Shown here one piece after another: positions 37,313 through 47,436 of a DNA stretch of 64,000 bases. Position 1 is the stretch's first letter. Each line of letters opens with the position of its first letter. The DNA lies in assembly GCA_030586555.1 (NCBI GenBank), contig JAURAC010000011.1:1-64000 (forward strand), given 5' to 3'. This DNA is from Candidatus Subterrananammoxibius californiae (GTDB lineage: Bacteria; Planctomycetota; Brocadiia; Brocadiales; Subterrananammoxibiaceae). A program made the position numbers and the translations under genes. The notes beneath the pieces were generated by a model. That model saw only the letters and a program-made list of their open reading frames with translations. It was not told the DNA's origin and made no database searches.

Positions 37313-39394
37313 TTATACCCTCACAATGCCAAGCGATTGGATTTGCGTGCCTGGCGCAATCTCCTTATAAGATAGAACTGGTAAATTTGGCAAAGATACC
37401 TCGATGAGTTTTCTGATATGATGCCTGATAGCCGTAGAAGTCAACAATACGACCTCGTAACCAGACGGTATTGATTCTCTCATCACATGGGACATCTTTT
37501 CAATCAGCTTTTGAGCGATGGTAGGTTCAAGTGCCAATAAAGCGCCTCGTTCCGTTCGATGTATAGAATTGGAAATTGTTTGTTCCAGTTGGGGTTCAAA
37601 TGATATTACCCCCAGCTTTCCATCCTTAGTCTGATACCTGCTACAAATCGTCCTTGCTAAACCTTGCCGCACGTATTCGGTAAGGGCTTCCGTATCCTTT
37701 GTTAAAGGAGCATGGTCAACAATAGTCTCAAGTATAGTTGAGAGGTCACGAATCGGCACCTGCTCCCTGAGCAGATTCTTGAGAATCATCTGAACACCCC
37801 CCATAGACATTAAGTTGGGGGTCAATTCCTGCACAATAGTAGGAGCGGTCTGTTTGAGGGTTTCCATCAATTTCTGGACATCCTCACGGGATAAAACTTC
37901 ATGGGCATGAGCCTTGATGACTTCTGTCAAATGTGTAATTAGAACAGAGGCTGGGTCTACAATCGTATAACCTGCAGTCTCTGCATCCTCTTTTTGGAAT
38001 TCTGCTATCCATACACCAGGCAAACCGTATGTAGGGTCTGTCGTTTTAGTGCCTTCTATGTGCCTTGTAACCCCACCTGGGTCGAGCGCCAGATAATTCC
38101 CCACCATCAATTCACCTCTTGCAACCTCCTGTCCACGTATCTTTATACTGTATATGTTTGCATCAAGCTGGAGATTATCCCTGAGGCGGATGGGCGGGAT
38201 TATTATTCCAATCTCTTTAGCCAACTGACGTCGCAAAGCATTAATCCTATCAAGCACACCCCCACCCTTTGTAGGGTCAACAAGTGGTATCAACTTATAG
38301 CCTATTTCTATGCCAAGCCTGTCAACCACAAGTAATTTTTCAACCGTTTCCTCCGGTTCAGGACGTTTCTCTGTCTTTCCAGCCTCAAGCGCCTTTTCTG
38401 CCTCAAGGGCAACCTTCGAAGACCTTCTTGTAATGTTAAACAGTACGCCAAAAAGGGCTGCAAGGATGAAGAATGGCATCTTGGGCAACCCTGGAATAAA
38501 ACCAAAGAATCCAAGCACACTGGCTGCAAAGCCAAGTGCTCTTGGTTGTGTGAACAACTGCCCCGTAACATCCTGACCAAGGTTCTCCTTTGAAGAACTC
38601 TTTGTAACAAGGATACCTGCGGACGTGGCAATAATTAGTGACGGGATTTGAGAAACCAGCCCATCGCCAATTGTAAGGATAGTGTACGTACGTCCAGCCT
38701 CCGTTATGTCCATGCCTCTCATTGAGCCCAGTACGATACCTCCGATAATATTGATAAATGTGATAACAATGCCAGCTATGGTATCCCCTGTTACGAACTT
38801 GGCAGCGCCATCCATAGCGCCATAGAACTCTGCCTCCTTTGATATCTTGTCTCTTCTTTCCCTTGCCTGGTCTTCCGTAATCAAACCTGCATTTAAGTCT
38901 GCATCAATGCTCATCTGCTTTCCAGGCATGGCGTCCAATGTGAACCGTGCGGCTACTTCGGAAATCCTTGACGAACCTTTAACAATTACAATAAATTGAA
39001 TGACAGTAAGGAGCATGAATACCACAAGACCCACCACCAGATTTCCTCCCACTACAAACTGTCCAAAGGAGGAAATCACCTCCCCTGCATAACCATGAAG
39101 CAAGACAAGTCTTGTGGCGGCAACATTAAGCGCAAGCCTGTACAGTGTGAAAAATAGTAACATGGAAGGAAAAGCCGAAAGCTCCAGAGATTCTTTAATA
39201 TGAAGGATTGTAAGTAGCAATAGAAAAGAGCATGCAATATTAATTGTGATGAGTACATCAAGAAGAAAGCTTGGTAGCGGGATAATCAGCACTACCAGCA
39301 CTCCTATTACGCCAATAGCTAAAAGGAGTTCGCCTTGCCTTGTAAAGCGCCCTAACGGCTGATATGGTTTAATTTCTCTGGACTTTGCCGCCAT
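37313..39394 (-). CDS. flhA: Flagellar export protein FlhA
   Basis: EVAARFTLDAMPGKQMSIDAD and FYGAMDGA motifs. Confidence 0.96.
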   Translation of the reverse strand: MAAKSREIKPYQPLGRFTRQGELLLAIGVIGVLVVLIIPLPSFLLDVLITINIACSFLLLLTILHIKESLELSAFPSMLLFFTLYRLALNVAATRLVLLHGYAGEVISSFGQFVVGGNLVVGLVVFMLLTVIQFIVIVKGSSRISEVAARFTLDAMPGKQMSIDADLNAGLITEDQARERRDKISKEAEFYGAMDGAAKFVTGDTIAGIVITFINIIGGIVLGSMRGMDITEAGRTYTILTIGDGLVSQIPSLIIATSAGILVTKSSSKENLGQDVTGQLFTQPRALGFAASVLGFFGFIPGLPKMPFFILAALFGVLFNITRRSSKVALEAEKALEAGKTEKRPEPEETVEKLLVVDRLGIEIGYKLIPLVDPTKGGGVLDRINALRRQLAKEIGIIIPPIRLRDNLQLDANIYSIKIRGQEVARGELMVGNYLALDPGGVTRHIEGTKTTDPTYGLPGVWIAEFQKEDAETAGYTIVDPASVLITHLTEVIKAHAHEVLSREDVQKLMETLKQTAPTIVQELTPNLMSMGGVQMILKNLLREQVPIRDLSTILETIVDHAPLTKDTEALTEYVRQGLARTICSRYQTKDGKLGVISFEPQLEQTISNSIHRTERGALLALEPTIAQKLIEKMSHVMRESIPSGYEVVLLTSTAIRHHIRKLIEVSLPNLPVLSYKEIAPGTQIQSLGIVRV

Positions 39395-39438
39395 TATTAT
39401 TCACCCTTGAACCCTTAAACTCTTGAACCTTGAACTTT

Positions 39439-40509
39439 TTATTTTTTGTAGGTCCCACGTAACTTGTATATGTATGAAAGCACCTTTGCAACGGCGTGAT
39501 AAAGCTTCTGTGGAATCTCATAGCCAATTTCTACCGTTTTAAAAATGGCATGCGCAAGAGGCTTATCCTCAAAGATGGGGACGTTATTTTCTCTTGCAAT
39601 TTTTACAATGCGCTTTGCTATCAGGTCTGCGCCCTTTGCAACTACCTTAGGTGCCTTCATTGTGTTTGAGTCATACATCAGGGCAATAGCTAAGTGTAGC
39701 GGGTTAGTAACCACCACATCCGCTTGTGGCACTGCTGCCATCATCCTGCGCATAGCCCACTGCCTCTGAATTGCACGGATTCTCCCCTTCATCACAGGGT
39801 CGCCTTCTGTCTGCTTGAGTTCGTCCTTTACCTCCTGTTTTGTCATCATCAGGTCTTTTACATGTTGCCACTTCTGGTAAGCGTAATCGAGTATTGCAAG
39901 AAACAACAAGATTATGGCTACTCTTATACCGAGCCAGAATATAGAGTAAGAAGCAGTTGTAAAAATTTGTGCCAGGTTTGCGGTCGTTAAATCGAGAAAT
40001 TTATCAAAATCACTTTTTATAGAGTAAAAAGCCACTGCAGCCACTATTGCTAACTTTGCCAGTGACATTGCAAACCTTACCAGCGACCGCATAGAAACAA
40101 ATATATTTTTAAACCCTTTAATTGGATTCAACAACCCAAGATTAGGTTTTAACTGTTGAAAGGTTATAAGGAAACCAACCTGAGAAAGTGAGGCGGCTAC
40201 GCCCGCAACGAGTAATCCACCAACAATGGGCAGGAGTATCTTTGTAGTGCTGCCCACTATGTTTACCATTGTTGAGTTAAACATGGTCATTGTTAGCGGT
40301 TCTACCATCAGGCCTCCCAAATACATTTTCATAAGTTCGCCTATTTGCTGGTTGGCGCCAGCACCTGCATAATAAAGGACAAGGAGCCCGCACAAAAGGG
40401 CTGCGGCGCTGTTAATATCGGGACTCTTTGCAACCTGTCCTTTTGCACGGGCATCACTTAAACGCTTACCGGTTGGTTTTTCAGTTCTATCATGAGCGCC
40501 TATAGACAT
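39439..40509 (-). CDS. flhB: Flagellar export protein FlhB
   Basis: TEKPT.KR, MTKQEVKDELKQTEGDP, TNPLH (NPTH variant). Confidence 0.95.
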   Translation of the reverse strand: MSIGAHDRTEKPTGKRLSDARAKGQVAKSPDINSAAALLCGLLVLYYAGAGANQQIGELMKMYLGGLMVEPLTMTMFNSTMVNIVGSTTKILLPIVGGLLVAGVAASLSQVGFLITFQQLKPNLGLLNPIKGFKNIFVSMRSLVRFAMSLAKLAIVAAVAFYSIKSDFDKFLDLTTANLAQIFTTASYSIFWLGIRVAIILLFLAILDYAYQKWQHVKDLMMTKQEVKDELKQTEGDPVMKGRIRAIQRQWAMRRMMAAVPQADVVVTNPLHLAIALMYDSNTMKAPKVVAKGADLIAKRIVKIARENNVPIFEDKPLAHAIFKTVEIGYEIPQKLYHAVAKVLSYIYKLRGTYKK

Positions 40510-40580
40510 AGTATTTAATTGCGGATTGCGTAATTCAAAGGAGTTTTTTCAATCCGCAATCCGAATTCCGCATTCAGCAT

Positions 40581-41360
40581 TCAGTACATAGTCGCAAACA
40601 AAGAAGGTATCTCCCTTTGTAATGAAACAAGAAGCGTCTTTATCGTTTGTATAAGGAAGGGCAATGATACGGCAATAACGCCAAATCCAAGCAAAATCTT
40701 TACAGGAAATGCCAGAAGAAACACGTTGACCTGCGGCGCCACACGCGCCGTTAGCCCCAGCGCCATCAGGGCAAGCATAAGTATAACAAGACAAGGCGCC
40801 GCTATGGTTGCGCCAGCCGTAAAGAATGTCCTGAAAAGGCTCGTAACCTTACTTACGGTTACAGCCGAATAATTTATCTGTCCAATTGGTAGGGAATTGT
40901 AACTTATTGAAATTGCCTTTATAAACCAGTGGTGTCCATTGAGCGATAAAAATACAAGCGCGGCAATTATATAATAAACGACCGCTATTGAGGTGCTTTC
41001 CGTCTCTAATTGGGGGTCAATTACACTGCCCATATCCAGTCCCATTTGCCTTCCAATCAAATCGCCACCTATTAAAAAGGCTGAAAAGATGAGGTTTGCC
41101 ACATACCCAATTATGATACCCAAAACAGCCTCTTTTATAATGACGATTACAAAGGGCCAGAACGTCGTGGGCAGTGTTACAGCAGAGGTATCAATCGTGG
41201 GATACATAACAAACGCCACAAGCATGGATAACCCGACCTTTAATTGGATGGGAATGCTTTCGTCTTTGTAGATAGGGGCAAAAACGAGGATTCCTGCTGT
41301 CCTGAAAAAGACCAGGGCGAATACAGGAAGATTATCTGCGAGGGCAACTATCTTTTCCAT
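40581..41360 (-). CDS. fliR: Flagellar export protein FliR
   Basis: TM-rich; QMGL, NGHHW, RVAPQVNVF...P.K motifs. Confidence 0.92.
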   Translation of the reverse strand: MEKIVALADNLPVFALVFFRTAGILVFAPIYKDESIPIQLKVGLSMLVAFVMYPTIDTSAVTLPTTFWPFVIVIIKEAVLGIIIGYVANLIFSAFLIGGDLIGRQMGLDMGSVIDPQLETESTSIAVVYYIIAALVFLSLNGHHWFIKAISISYNSLPIGQINYSAVTVSKVTSLFRTFFTAGATIAAPCLVILMLALMALGLTARVAPQVNVFLLAFPVKILLGFGVIAVSLPFLIQTIKTLLVSLQREIPSLFATMY

Positions 41361-41424
41361 CTTTCATTTCCAAGGTAGTCGCAGGCTTCAGCCTGCGCAA
41401 AATTGCGCAACTTAAAGGTTGTGG

Positions 41425-41691
41425 TTAACTGTATTTTAAAAAGTCGAGGAACAGCCTCTGTGTAAAAGATATTAACATTTGCAGCATCCATGGCAGGCAG
41501 AAAAGAAAAACCGCCACAACTGCAAACACCTTTGGAAAGAATGCTAATGTCTGTTCGTGGATGTTCGTGATTGCCTGAAGTATCCCAATGAATAGACCTA
41601 TTACCATGGCTACCCCCAACAGCGGGCCCATGATTATTATTGTGGTCTCCATGGTTTCTTTTGCGATAGCCATTACTGTATCTATCGTCAT
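41425..41691 (-). CDS. fliQ: Flagellar export protein FliQ
   Basis: LQAIT.I.EQTLAFFPK motif. Confidence 0.93.
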   Translation of the reverse strand: MTIDTVMAIAKETMETTIIIMGPLLGVAMVIGLFIGILQAITNIHEQTLAFFPKVFAVVAVFLFCLPWMLQMLISFTQRLFLDFLKYS

Positions 41692-41700
41692 AATGTGCCT

Positions 41701-42489
41701 CTATTTCTGAAAAAAGCCGCTAACAAGCGACTGTATGACAAGATGCCAGCCGTCAACAAGAACAAAAAGGACAAGTTTGAATGGCATGGAAATCATAACA
41801 GGTGGCAGCATAAACATACCCATTGCGGTCAGTACGCATGCAACGACCATGTCAATTACTAAGAATGGTAGATACAAAAGAAACCCCATCTGAAATGAGG
41901 TCTTAAGTTCACTGGTAACAAACGCTGGTATAAGGATGTGCGTTGGCACATCGTTTGGGGTATTTGGTCTCTGGCTTTTTGAAATATTCACAAAGAGGGC
42001 AATATCCTTTTCCCCCGTATGTTTTAGCATAAAATTGTGAAACGGCTTGATGCATCTGTTGAAGGCTTCGCCCTGGGATATTTCCTCATTTAGATAAGGT
42101 TGAATGGCTTTTGCATTTATTTCTGTCCATACAGGAGCCATCACATAAAATGTCAGGAAAAGAGCAATTCCTACGAGAATCTGGTTCGGCGGGAGTGTTT
42201 GAAATGACATGGCTTTTCGTACAAAGGAGAGGACGATTATGATTCTGGTAAAACACGTCATGGTGAGAAGGATGCCGGGCAGCAAAGTAAGGACAGTCAT
42301 GAGCAAGACTATCTTTAACGTGCTGGTGATTTCTAAGGGCTTTTCGTTATTGTCCAGACTTACCGTCAGCTTCAGGGGACCTTGAGAGGTTGGGCTAGGC
42401 TCAGCATTGCATACCGACCCGCAGAAGAGTAATACCGTCAACGCAACTGCTATCAGGAGAATAATTGAACTGCCTCTACAAGGTTTCAT
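41701..42489 (-). CDS. fliP: Flagellar export protein FliP
   Basis: FTRIIIVLS, PPNQIL, PAFVTSELKT and LFVLVDGW motifs. Confidence 0.95.
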   Translation of the reverse strand: MKPCRGSSIILLIAVALTVLLFCGSVCNAEPSPTSQGPLKLTVSLDNNEKPLEITSTLKIVLLMTVLTLLPGILLTMTCFTRIIIVLSFVRKAMSFQTLPPNQILVGIALFLTFYVMAPVWTEINAKAIQPYLNEEISQGEAFNRCIKPFHNFMLKHTGEKDIALFVNISKSQRPNTPNDVPTHILIPAFVTSELKTSFQMGFLLYLPFLVIDMVVACVLTAMGMFMLPPVMISMPFKLVLFVLVDGWHLVIQSLVSGFFQK

Positions 42490-42499
42490 TTATACCCTC

Positions 42500-43078
42500 T
42501 TAGTGATTATTTTCGCGAACCCCTGCCCGCACCTGACGCCTCTCGAAGCAAACCTTTTTCATGAAACTCATAAAATCGTTATTATCAGAAGACGGAGAAA
42601 CTGCATCTACCACCTCTTTATCAGTAATCTCGGCAAGTGGGTTTATGCGGTCATTTGCCATCCCTACAACAAGCAGCTTACCTGGAATTTTTACCAGGAG
42701 AAGAAATCTCTTCGTTCCTATAGAAACGGATTCGACCACATGTATGTACTTCTTACCCGCGACCTTGGCGAGGCCGAATTTTTTCTTCAGTAAGAACACC
42801 GTTCCCACAATTAATATTATTACTATGGCGGTGGATTGAAGTACTCTGGTGAGTTTAGGGAAAAAAACTTGCCCTGAATTTATTTCAGGAGTAATTGAGT
42901 CTTGAGTCTGGAGTTTTGAGTCAGGGGTCTGGAGTCCTGAGTCAGGAGTCACAAGCCTTGACTTCTGACTACCAACTTCTGGCTCCAGACTATCTTCGGC
43001 TGCAAGTATCTCGGTGGATGCAAAAACTAATAAGATGCCAAGAATGAGGACGTGTCCGATGTAATAGTGATTTTTCAT
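42500..43078 (-). CDS. fliO: Flagellar biosynthesis protein FliO/FliZ
   Basis: TM helix, then IHVVES.SIG.KR.LLLV....LVVG; directly upstream of fliP; ATG 43078 preferred. Confidence 0.75.
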   Translation of the reverse strand: MKNHYYIGHVLILGILLVFASTEILAAEDSLEPEVGSQKSRLVTPDSGLQTPDSKLQTQDSITPEINSGQVFFPKLTRVLQSTAIVIILIVGTVFLLKKKFGLAKVAGKKYIHVVESVSIGTKRFLLLVKIPGKLLVVGMANDRINPLAEITDKEVVDAVSPSSDNNDFMSFMKKVCFERRQVRAGVRENNH

Positions 43079-43116
43079 ATAATGCACCCGCTTTATAGTC
43101 TTGGTAGCCAGAAAGC

Positions 43117-43131
43117 GCAAATAATATGCCG
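43117..43131 (-). promoter_or_regulatory. Putative sigma54 (-24/-12) promoter for the fliO-fliA operon
   Basis: Minus strand cGGCATattatTTGC (GG-N10-GC), ~40 bp upstream of the ATG. Confidence 0.45.
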
Positions 43132-43403
43132 TAAAAGGAAATGCAAGTCCGTTAATTAAGCAATCACGCTGCCCACTATAGATATAGAAGTGTAGTGTTT
43201 GGATGCTACAATATTATGTAGGTAGAACATTGATATTGACCATAATATTCGTTAGCGACTTTCGTAGTCTTTTTGAACGAACCGTAGGATTTTTAAACGC
43301 TTACTTCTTTGAAAAGAAGCCTGCCTATGCGTGTCCGCATGCAGACAGATAAGCAAGGAACTTTCGCATTTTTCCTGGTAGGTACTTCACCCGCCTTACT
43401 GGC

Positions 43404-43432
43404 TTGACATTTCATCTTCAGTAAGATATAAT
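43404..43432 (+). promoter_or_regulatory. Consensus sigma70 promoter for nifS
   Basis: TTGACA-17-TATAAT. Confidence 0.75.
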
Positions 43433-43622
43433 GCCTTGCGGATTAAATCCAAAACTCATCCGCCTCAGGCGGACTGGGGCGGGTGGGATTTTGGATTTAT
43501 TTTTTGGATTTGGCATGGGATACATTTGTGAACCCCGTTAAAAGCTTTAAAATGGGGTGAAAGTAGGTCTTGCACAAGGTGAACTTTTAATGGGGGTTCG
43601 TTACATACAAGGTTTTAACGGG

Positions 43623-44798
43623 GTGAAAGTAATTTATTTTGATAACAACGCAACCACACGGGTTGCTGATGAAGTGCTTGAGGAGATGCTACCGTATTTT
43701 AGTGAGCAATATGGCAATCCCTCCAGTATCCATGCCTTTGGCAGCCAGGTGCAAGGTAAGCTGACAATTGCAAGGGAGCGAGTAGCTGATTTATTGGGAG
43801 CTTATGACCCTTCGGAGATAATCTTTACAAGTTGCGGCACGGAGAGTAATAATAATGCCATAAAAGGAACGCTCGAAGCCTTCCCTGATAAAAGGCATAT
43901 CGTTACCACAAAGGTCGAACACCCCGCCGTACTAAGCCTGTGTAAGCATCTCGTTGAAGCAGGATACCAACTTACCGAACTCAATGTTGACCATGATGGT
44001 ATGTTAGACCTCGATGAATTAAGGAGTACCCTTAGGGACGATACGGCGATAGTTTCAATTATGTATGCAAATAACGAAACAGGGGTAATCTTCCCCATCG
44101 AGGATATAGGCAAGATTGTTAAAGAGCGCGGCATTACCTTTCATTGCGACGCCGTTCAAGCAGTGGGAAAGATTCCCATCAATTTACGGAATAGCACCGT
44201 AGACCTTTTATCCCTTTCGGGGCATAAATTGCATGCGCCAAAAGGGGTAGGCGCTCTATACATAAGAAAGGGAGTAAGACTAAGCCCTTTTATTATAGGT
44301 GGCCACCAGGAGCAAGGCAGACGGGCTGGAACAGAAAATGTTCCATCCATTATCGGGCTTGGCAAGGCTTGTGAACTTGCAAAAAAGTATATAGTCGAGG
44401 AGCAAACAAAGGTCAGAAAGTTAAGGGATACACTGGAGAATGGGCTTTTAAGCAAGTTACCCAATGTAAAGGTAAATGGTCACAAAACGAAGCGGCTGCC
44501 TAATACTTCCAACATAAGCTTTGAATACATAGAGGGAGAGGCGATTCTTCTTTATCTTAGTGAGATAGGCGTGGCGGCATCCTCTGGTTCTGCCTGTACG
44601 TCTGGTTCTGCAGAACCATCACATGTCTTAACTGCCATGGGTGTTCCCACTGCGGCGCATGGCTCTGTAAGGTTTAGTCTTAGTCGCTATAATACACTGG
44701 ATGACGTAGAGTGTGTATTAGAAAAAGTACCCCCAATCGTTGAAAGACTCAGGGAAATATCTCCTTTCGGTAAGGAGATTTTGAAATCCAAAACCTAA
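43623..44798 (+). CDS. nifS: Cysteine desulfurase (NifS/IscS)
   Basis: YFDNNATT, FTSCGTES, HKLHAPKG and SSGSACTS motifs; GTG 43623 is the likely start. Confidence 0.92.
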   Translation: MKVIYFDNNATTRVADEVLEEMLPYFSEQYGNPSSIHAFGSQVQGKLTIARERVADLLGAYDPSEIIFTSCGTESNNNAIKGTLEAFPDKRHIVTTKVEHPAVLSLCKHLVEAGYQLTELNVDHDGMLDLDELRSTLRDDTAIVSIMYANNETGVIFPIEDIGKIVKERGITFHCDAVQAVGKIPINLRNSTVDLLSLSGHKLHAPKGVGALYIRKGVRLSPFIIGGHQEQGRRAGTENVPSIIGLGKACELAKKYIVEEQTKVRKLRDTLENGLLSKLPNVKVNGHKTKRLPNTSNISFEYIEGEAILLYLSEIGVAASSGSACTSGSAEPSHVLTAMGVPTAAHGSVRFSLSRYNTLDDVECVLEKVPPIVERLREISPFGKEILKSKT

Positions 44799-44817
44799 AA
44801 TCTTAAAAGGAGAAATC

Positions 44818-45063
44818 ATGGCTTTTGAGGTAACAATCTTTACTCAGGATAATTGTCCAAAATGTATTGAGGCGAAACGAAGGCTTAAAGAGGCAGAGGT
44901 TGGATATAAAGAGGTGGACGTTGGCTCAATTGATGGACGTGTGGAATTCTTGATGCATGTTTCGAGGCAGAACACCACACCAGCCTTTTTGCTCGATGGG
45001 GTGGAGGTTGATAGCGTAGAGGAAATTATTAAAAGCTGTAATAAAGCACAAATCCAGCATTAA
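44818..45063 (+). CDS. Glutaredoxin-like protein
   Basis: CPKC and TTP motifs; 81 aa. Confidence 0.8.
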   Translation: MAFEVTIFTQDNCPKCIEAKRRLKEAEVGYKEVDVGSIDGRVEFLMHVSRQNTTPAFLLDGVEVDSVEEIIKSCNKAQIQH

Positions 45064-45179
45064 ATTTACTTAAATTTAGATTGGGGGTGATGCCAATATA
45101 GAAAAAATATGAAGAAGTTTGTAAAACTTAAATTTTAAATTTTCCAATTTACAATTTACAATTATTGAGGAGGATTGAA

Positions 45180-45539
45180 ATGAAAGGATTTTACAGAACC
45201 TTGGCAGTAGTTGCTATACCAGCCATTTTGAGCGCTTCATTGAGTTTTACAAAGGTATTTGCTGAGGAGCCGGATGCTAATGCCATATTTGCTCAACTCT
45301 GTGCACTATGTCATGGTGCTGATGGTAAGCCGACTGACCAGGGGAAGGAATTTAAGTCACCCGATTTCACTGATAAGTCATGGCAGGCATCAAAGACCGA
45401 TGAGCAATTGATTAACTCAATGACTAATGGTACGGATAATCCAAACTACGCCCCCGTCGCACCCTTTGTCAAAGAAATGTTGGGTATAGACGTTGATGTA
45501 AAGATTTTCATTCCAAAGGTTAGAAGTTTTGGGCAGTAA
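45180..45539 (+). CDS. Monohaem c-type cytochrome
   Basis: Signal peptide, CALCHG; gaggagg RBS before ATG 45180. Confidence 0.85.
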   Translation: MKGFYRTLAVVAIPAILSASLSFTKVFAEEPDANAIFAQLCALCHGADGKPTDQGKEFKSPDFTDKSWQASKTDEQLINSMTNGTDNPNYAPVAPFVKEMLGIDVDVKIFIPKVRSFGQ

Positions 45540-45572
45540 GTTAAGGGATTGTTATTAGTTATTCTGAAACAA

Positions 45573-45602
45573 AGAGGGGACACGCTAAAGCGTGTCCCCT
45601 CT
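45573..45602. terminator. Hairpin between convergent genes (likely bidirectional terminator)
   Basis: agaggggacacgc-taaa-gcgtgtcccctct. Confidence 0.6.
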
Positions 45603-45632
45603 CGTTTTGTTAAGTCCGAAGTTAATGAGGGT

Positions 45633-47195
45633 TTATTGTTTAGCCTTGATGATTACATACCGTGTATATTCGCCCCTTCTTACAAGCATCAGCACATCTT
45701 TATCAGCACCAGATTTTGCCACTGCCTTCCTGAAGTCATCAACGTTGTCAATCTTTTCACGATTGACCTCTCTAATCAAATCACCTTCTCTTAAGTCAGC
45801 CAACGCACCTGGACTTCCCGGCTGAACACTTGAAACAACTACGCCCTTGTCCCCTTCGTACCCGAGATTCTTGGCTAATTCTGGGGTCAGATTTTGAACT
45901 GTTACACCAAGATTCTTAGCAGTCGGTTGCGCACCCGGTCCCAAACCGAAAAGTTCGGGTGGTTGCTCGCCAATCTTAACGCTTAAGCTCTTTTCCTTTC
46001 CGTCGCGCAGCACCTTTATTGTTACAGCCTTTCCTATCTCAGTAGGAGCCACTAAATTTCTCAGATGGTTTACATCTCGAACCTTTGTTCCGTTGTATTC
46101 TGTAACAATATCCCCACGCTCCATACCAGCCTCAGCCGCAGGAGAATTAGGTTGTACGTCGCTTACAAGAACACCTTCTGTAACGCTAACGCCAAATGAC
46201 TGGGCAAGAGACGGATTTAAATCCTGTATGACCACGCCAAGCCATCCACGTGTTACCTTACCCTTGTCTATCAGGTCTCTCATTATTGCTTTTGCCATAT
46301 TTATTGGAATGGCAAAACCTATGCCCTGATAGCCACCCGTTCTGGTAAAGATTGCTGTATTAATCCCTATAACCTCACCCTTAATGTTCACCAGAGGCCC
46401 ACCACTGTTGCCAGGATTGATTGCAGCGTCAGTCTGGATTAAGTCTTCATACTGGGCAACACCCACATTTGCCCTGCCGGTGGCGCTAATAACGCCTGCA
46501 GAAACTGTTTGTACCAAACCAAACGGGCTGCCAATGGCTATGGCCCATTGCCCAACCCTAATCTTGTCTGAATCACCGAGTTTAGCTGCTGGCAGGGGGT
46601 CGCTACTTTCAATCTTTATAACAGCGACGTCCGTCTGCGGGTCTGCCCCTATTACCTTTGCGTCAAACTCACGCTTATCACCGAGTTTAATTTTAAGTTC
46701 TTGCGCCCCTTCAACGACGTGATTGTTTGTCAGGATATATCCTCTTTCATCCACAATTACACCCGAGCCAAGCCCTTCTGTCCTGAACTCACCTTCAGGG
46801 GGTCTGCCCCTGAAAAACCTGTCAAAAAACTCGTCACCAAAGAAATCCCTGAATTGGTCCCGCTCTCTATCTCCATCTTTTTCCCTTTCCCTGTCCCTGC
46901 GATGGTAAAATGGGGTCTCCCGGTCCTCCTGTGGTCCGAGTCCTTCATGTTTAAAAACCTTTACAGAATTTATAGAGACCACAACTGGTCTAACGTATTC
47001 TGAGACAAGCTCAAATGCCTTTTCAAGATTTATTACCTCACTCTGAAGCCCTTCAAGCTCTTTAGCTAACTGCTCCTGTTTGCCTGCATTTTCCGCTGCA
47101 ATTGCTCTAAAAGTATAAGGCTGAATAACAAGCCCCAGCATTAAAGCCATTATCAGCGTTAATGGAAATCTTACCTTACCCTTATGACTACTCAC
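45633..47195 (-). CDS. degP: DegP/DegQ (Do) serine protease with two PDZ domains
   Basis: GSGVI, TNNHVV, QTDAAINPGNSGGPL and RGWLGV motifs. Confidence 0.92.
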   Translation of the reverse strand: MSSHKGKVRFPLTLIMALMLGLVIQPYTFRAIAAENAGKQEQLAKELEGLQSEVINLEKAFELVSEYVRPVVVSINSVKVFKHEGLGPQEDRETPFYHRRDREREKDGDRERDQFRDFFGDEFFDRFFRGRPPEGEFRTEGLGSGVIVDERGYILTNNHVVEGAQELKIKLGDKREFDAKVIGADPQTDVAVIKIESSDPLPAAKLGDSDKIRVGQWAIAIGSPFGLVQTVSAGVISATGRANVGVAQYEDLIQTDAAINPGNSGGPLVNIKGEVIGINTAIFTRTGGYQGIGFAIPINMAKAIMRDLIDKGKVTRGWLGVVIQDLNPSLAQSFGVSVTEGVLVSDVQPNSPAAEAGMERGDIVTEYNGTKVRDVNHLRNLVAPTEIGKAVTIKVLRDGKEKSLSVKIGEQPPELFGLGPGAQPTAKNLGVTVQNLTPELAKNLGYEGDKGVVVSSVQPGSPGALADLREGDLIREVNREKIDNVDDFRKAVAKSGADKDVLMLVRRGEYTRYVIIKAKQ

Positions 47196-47436
47196 ACAAT
47201 ACTCCTTTCCTTTATAAAAATAATTTTAAAATTTATCACACTGACTTATTGTATTCTATTCATGAAATCATGTCAATATATTATTCAAGTGTAATATACT
47301 TAGACCTCTGAAAAAGTATGGTTTCTGTCACCCTGAACCCTGAAAGAACTTCAGGAGCTTAACCGAGTTCGGCATGAAATGTAAGAGTATTTTATGATTT
47401 TTTCAGGGACGTCATTTAGGGTGTACTTTATTCATA

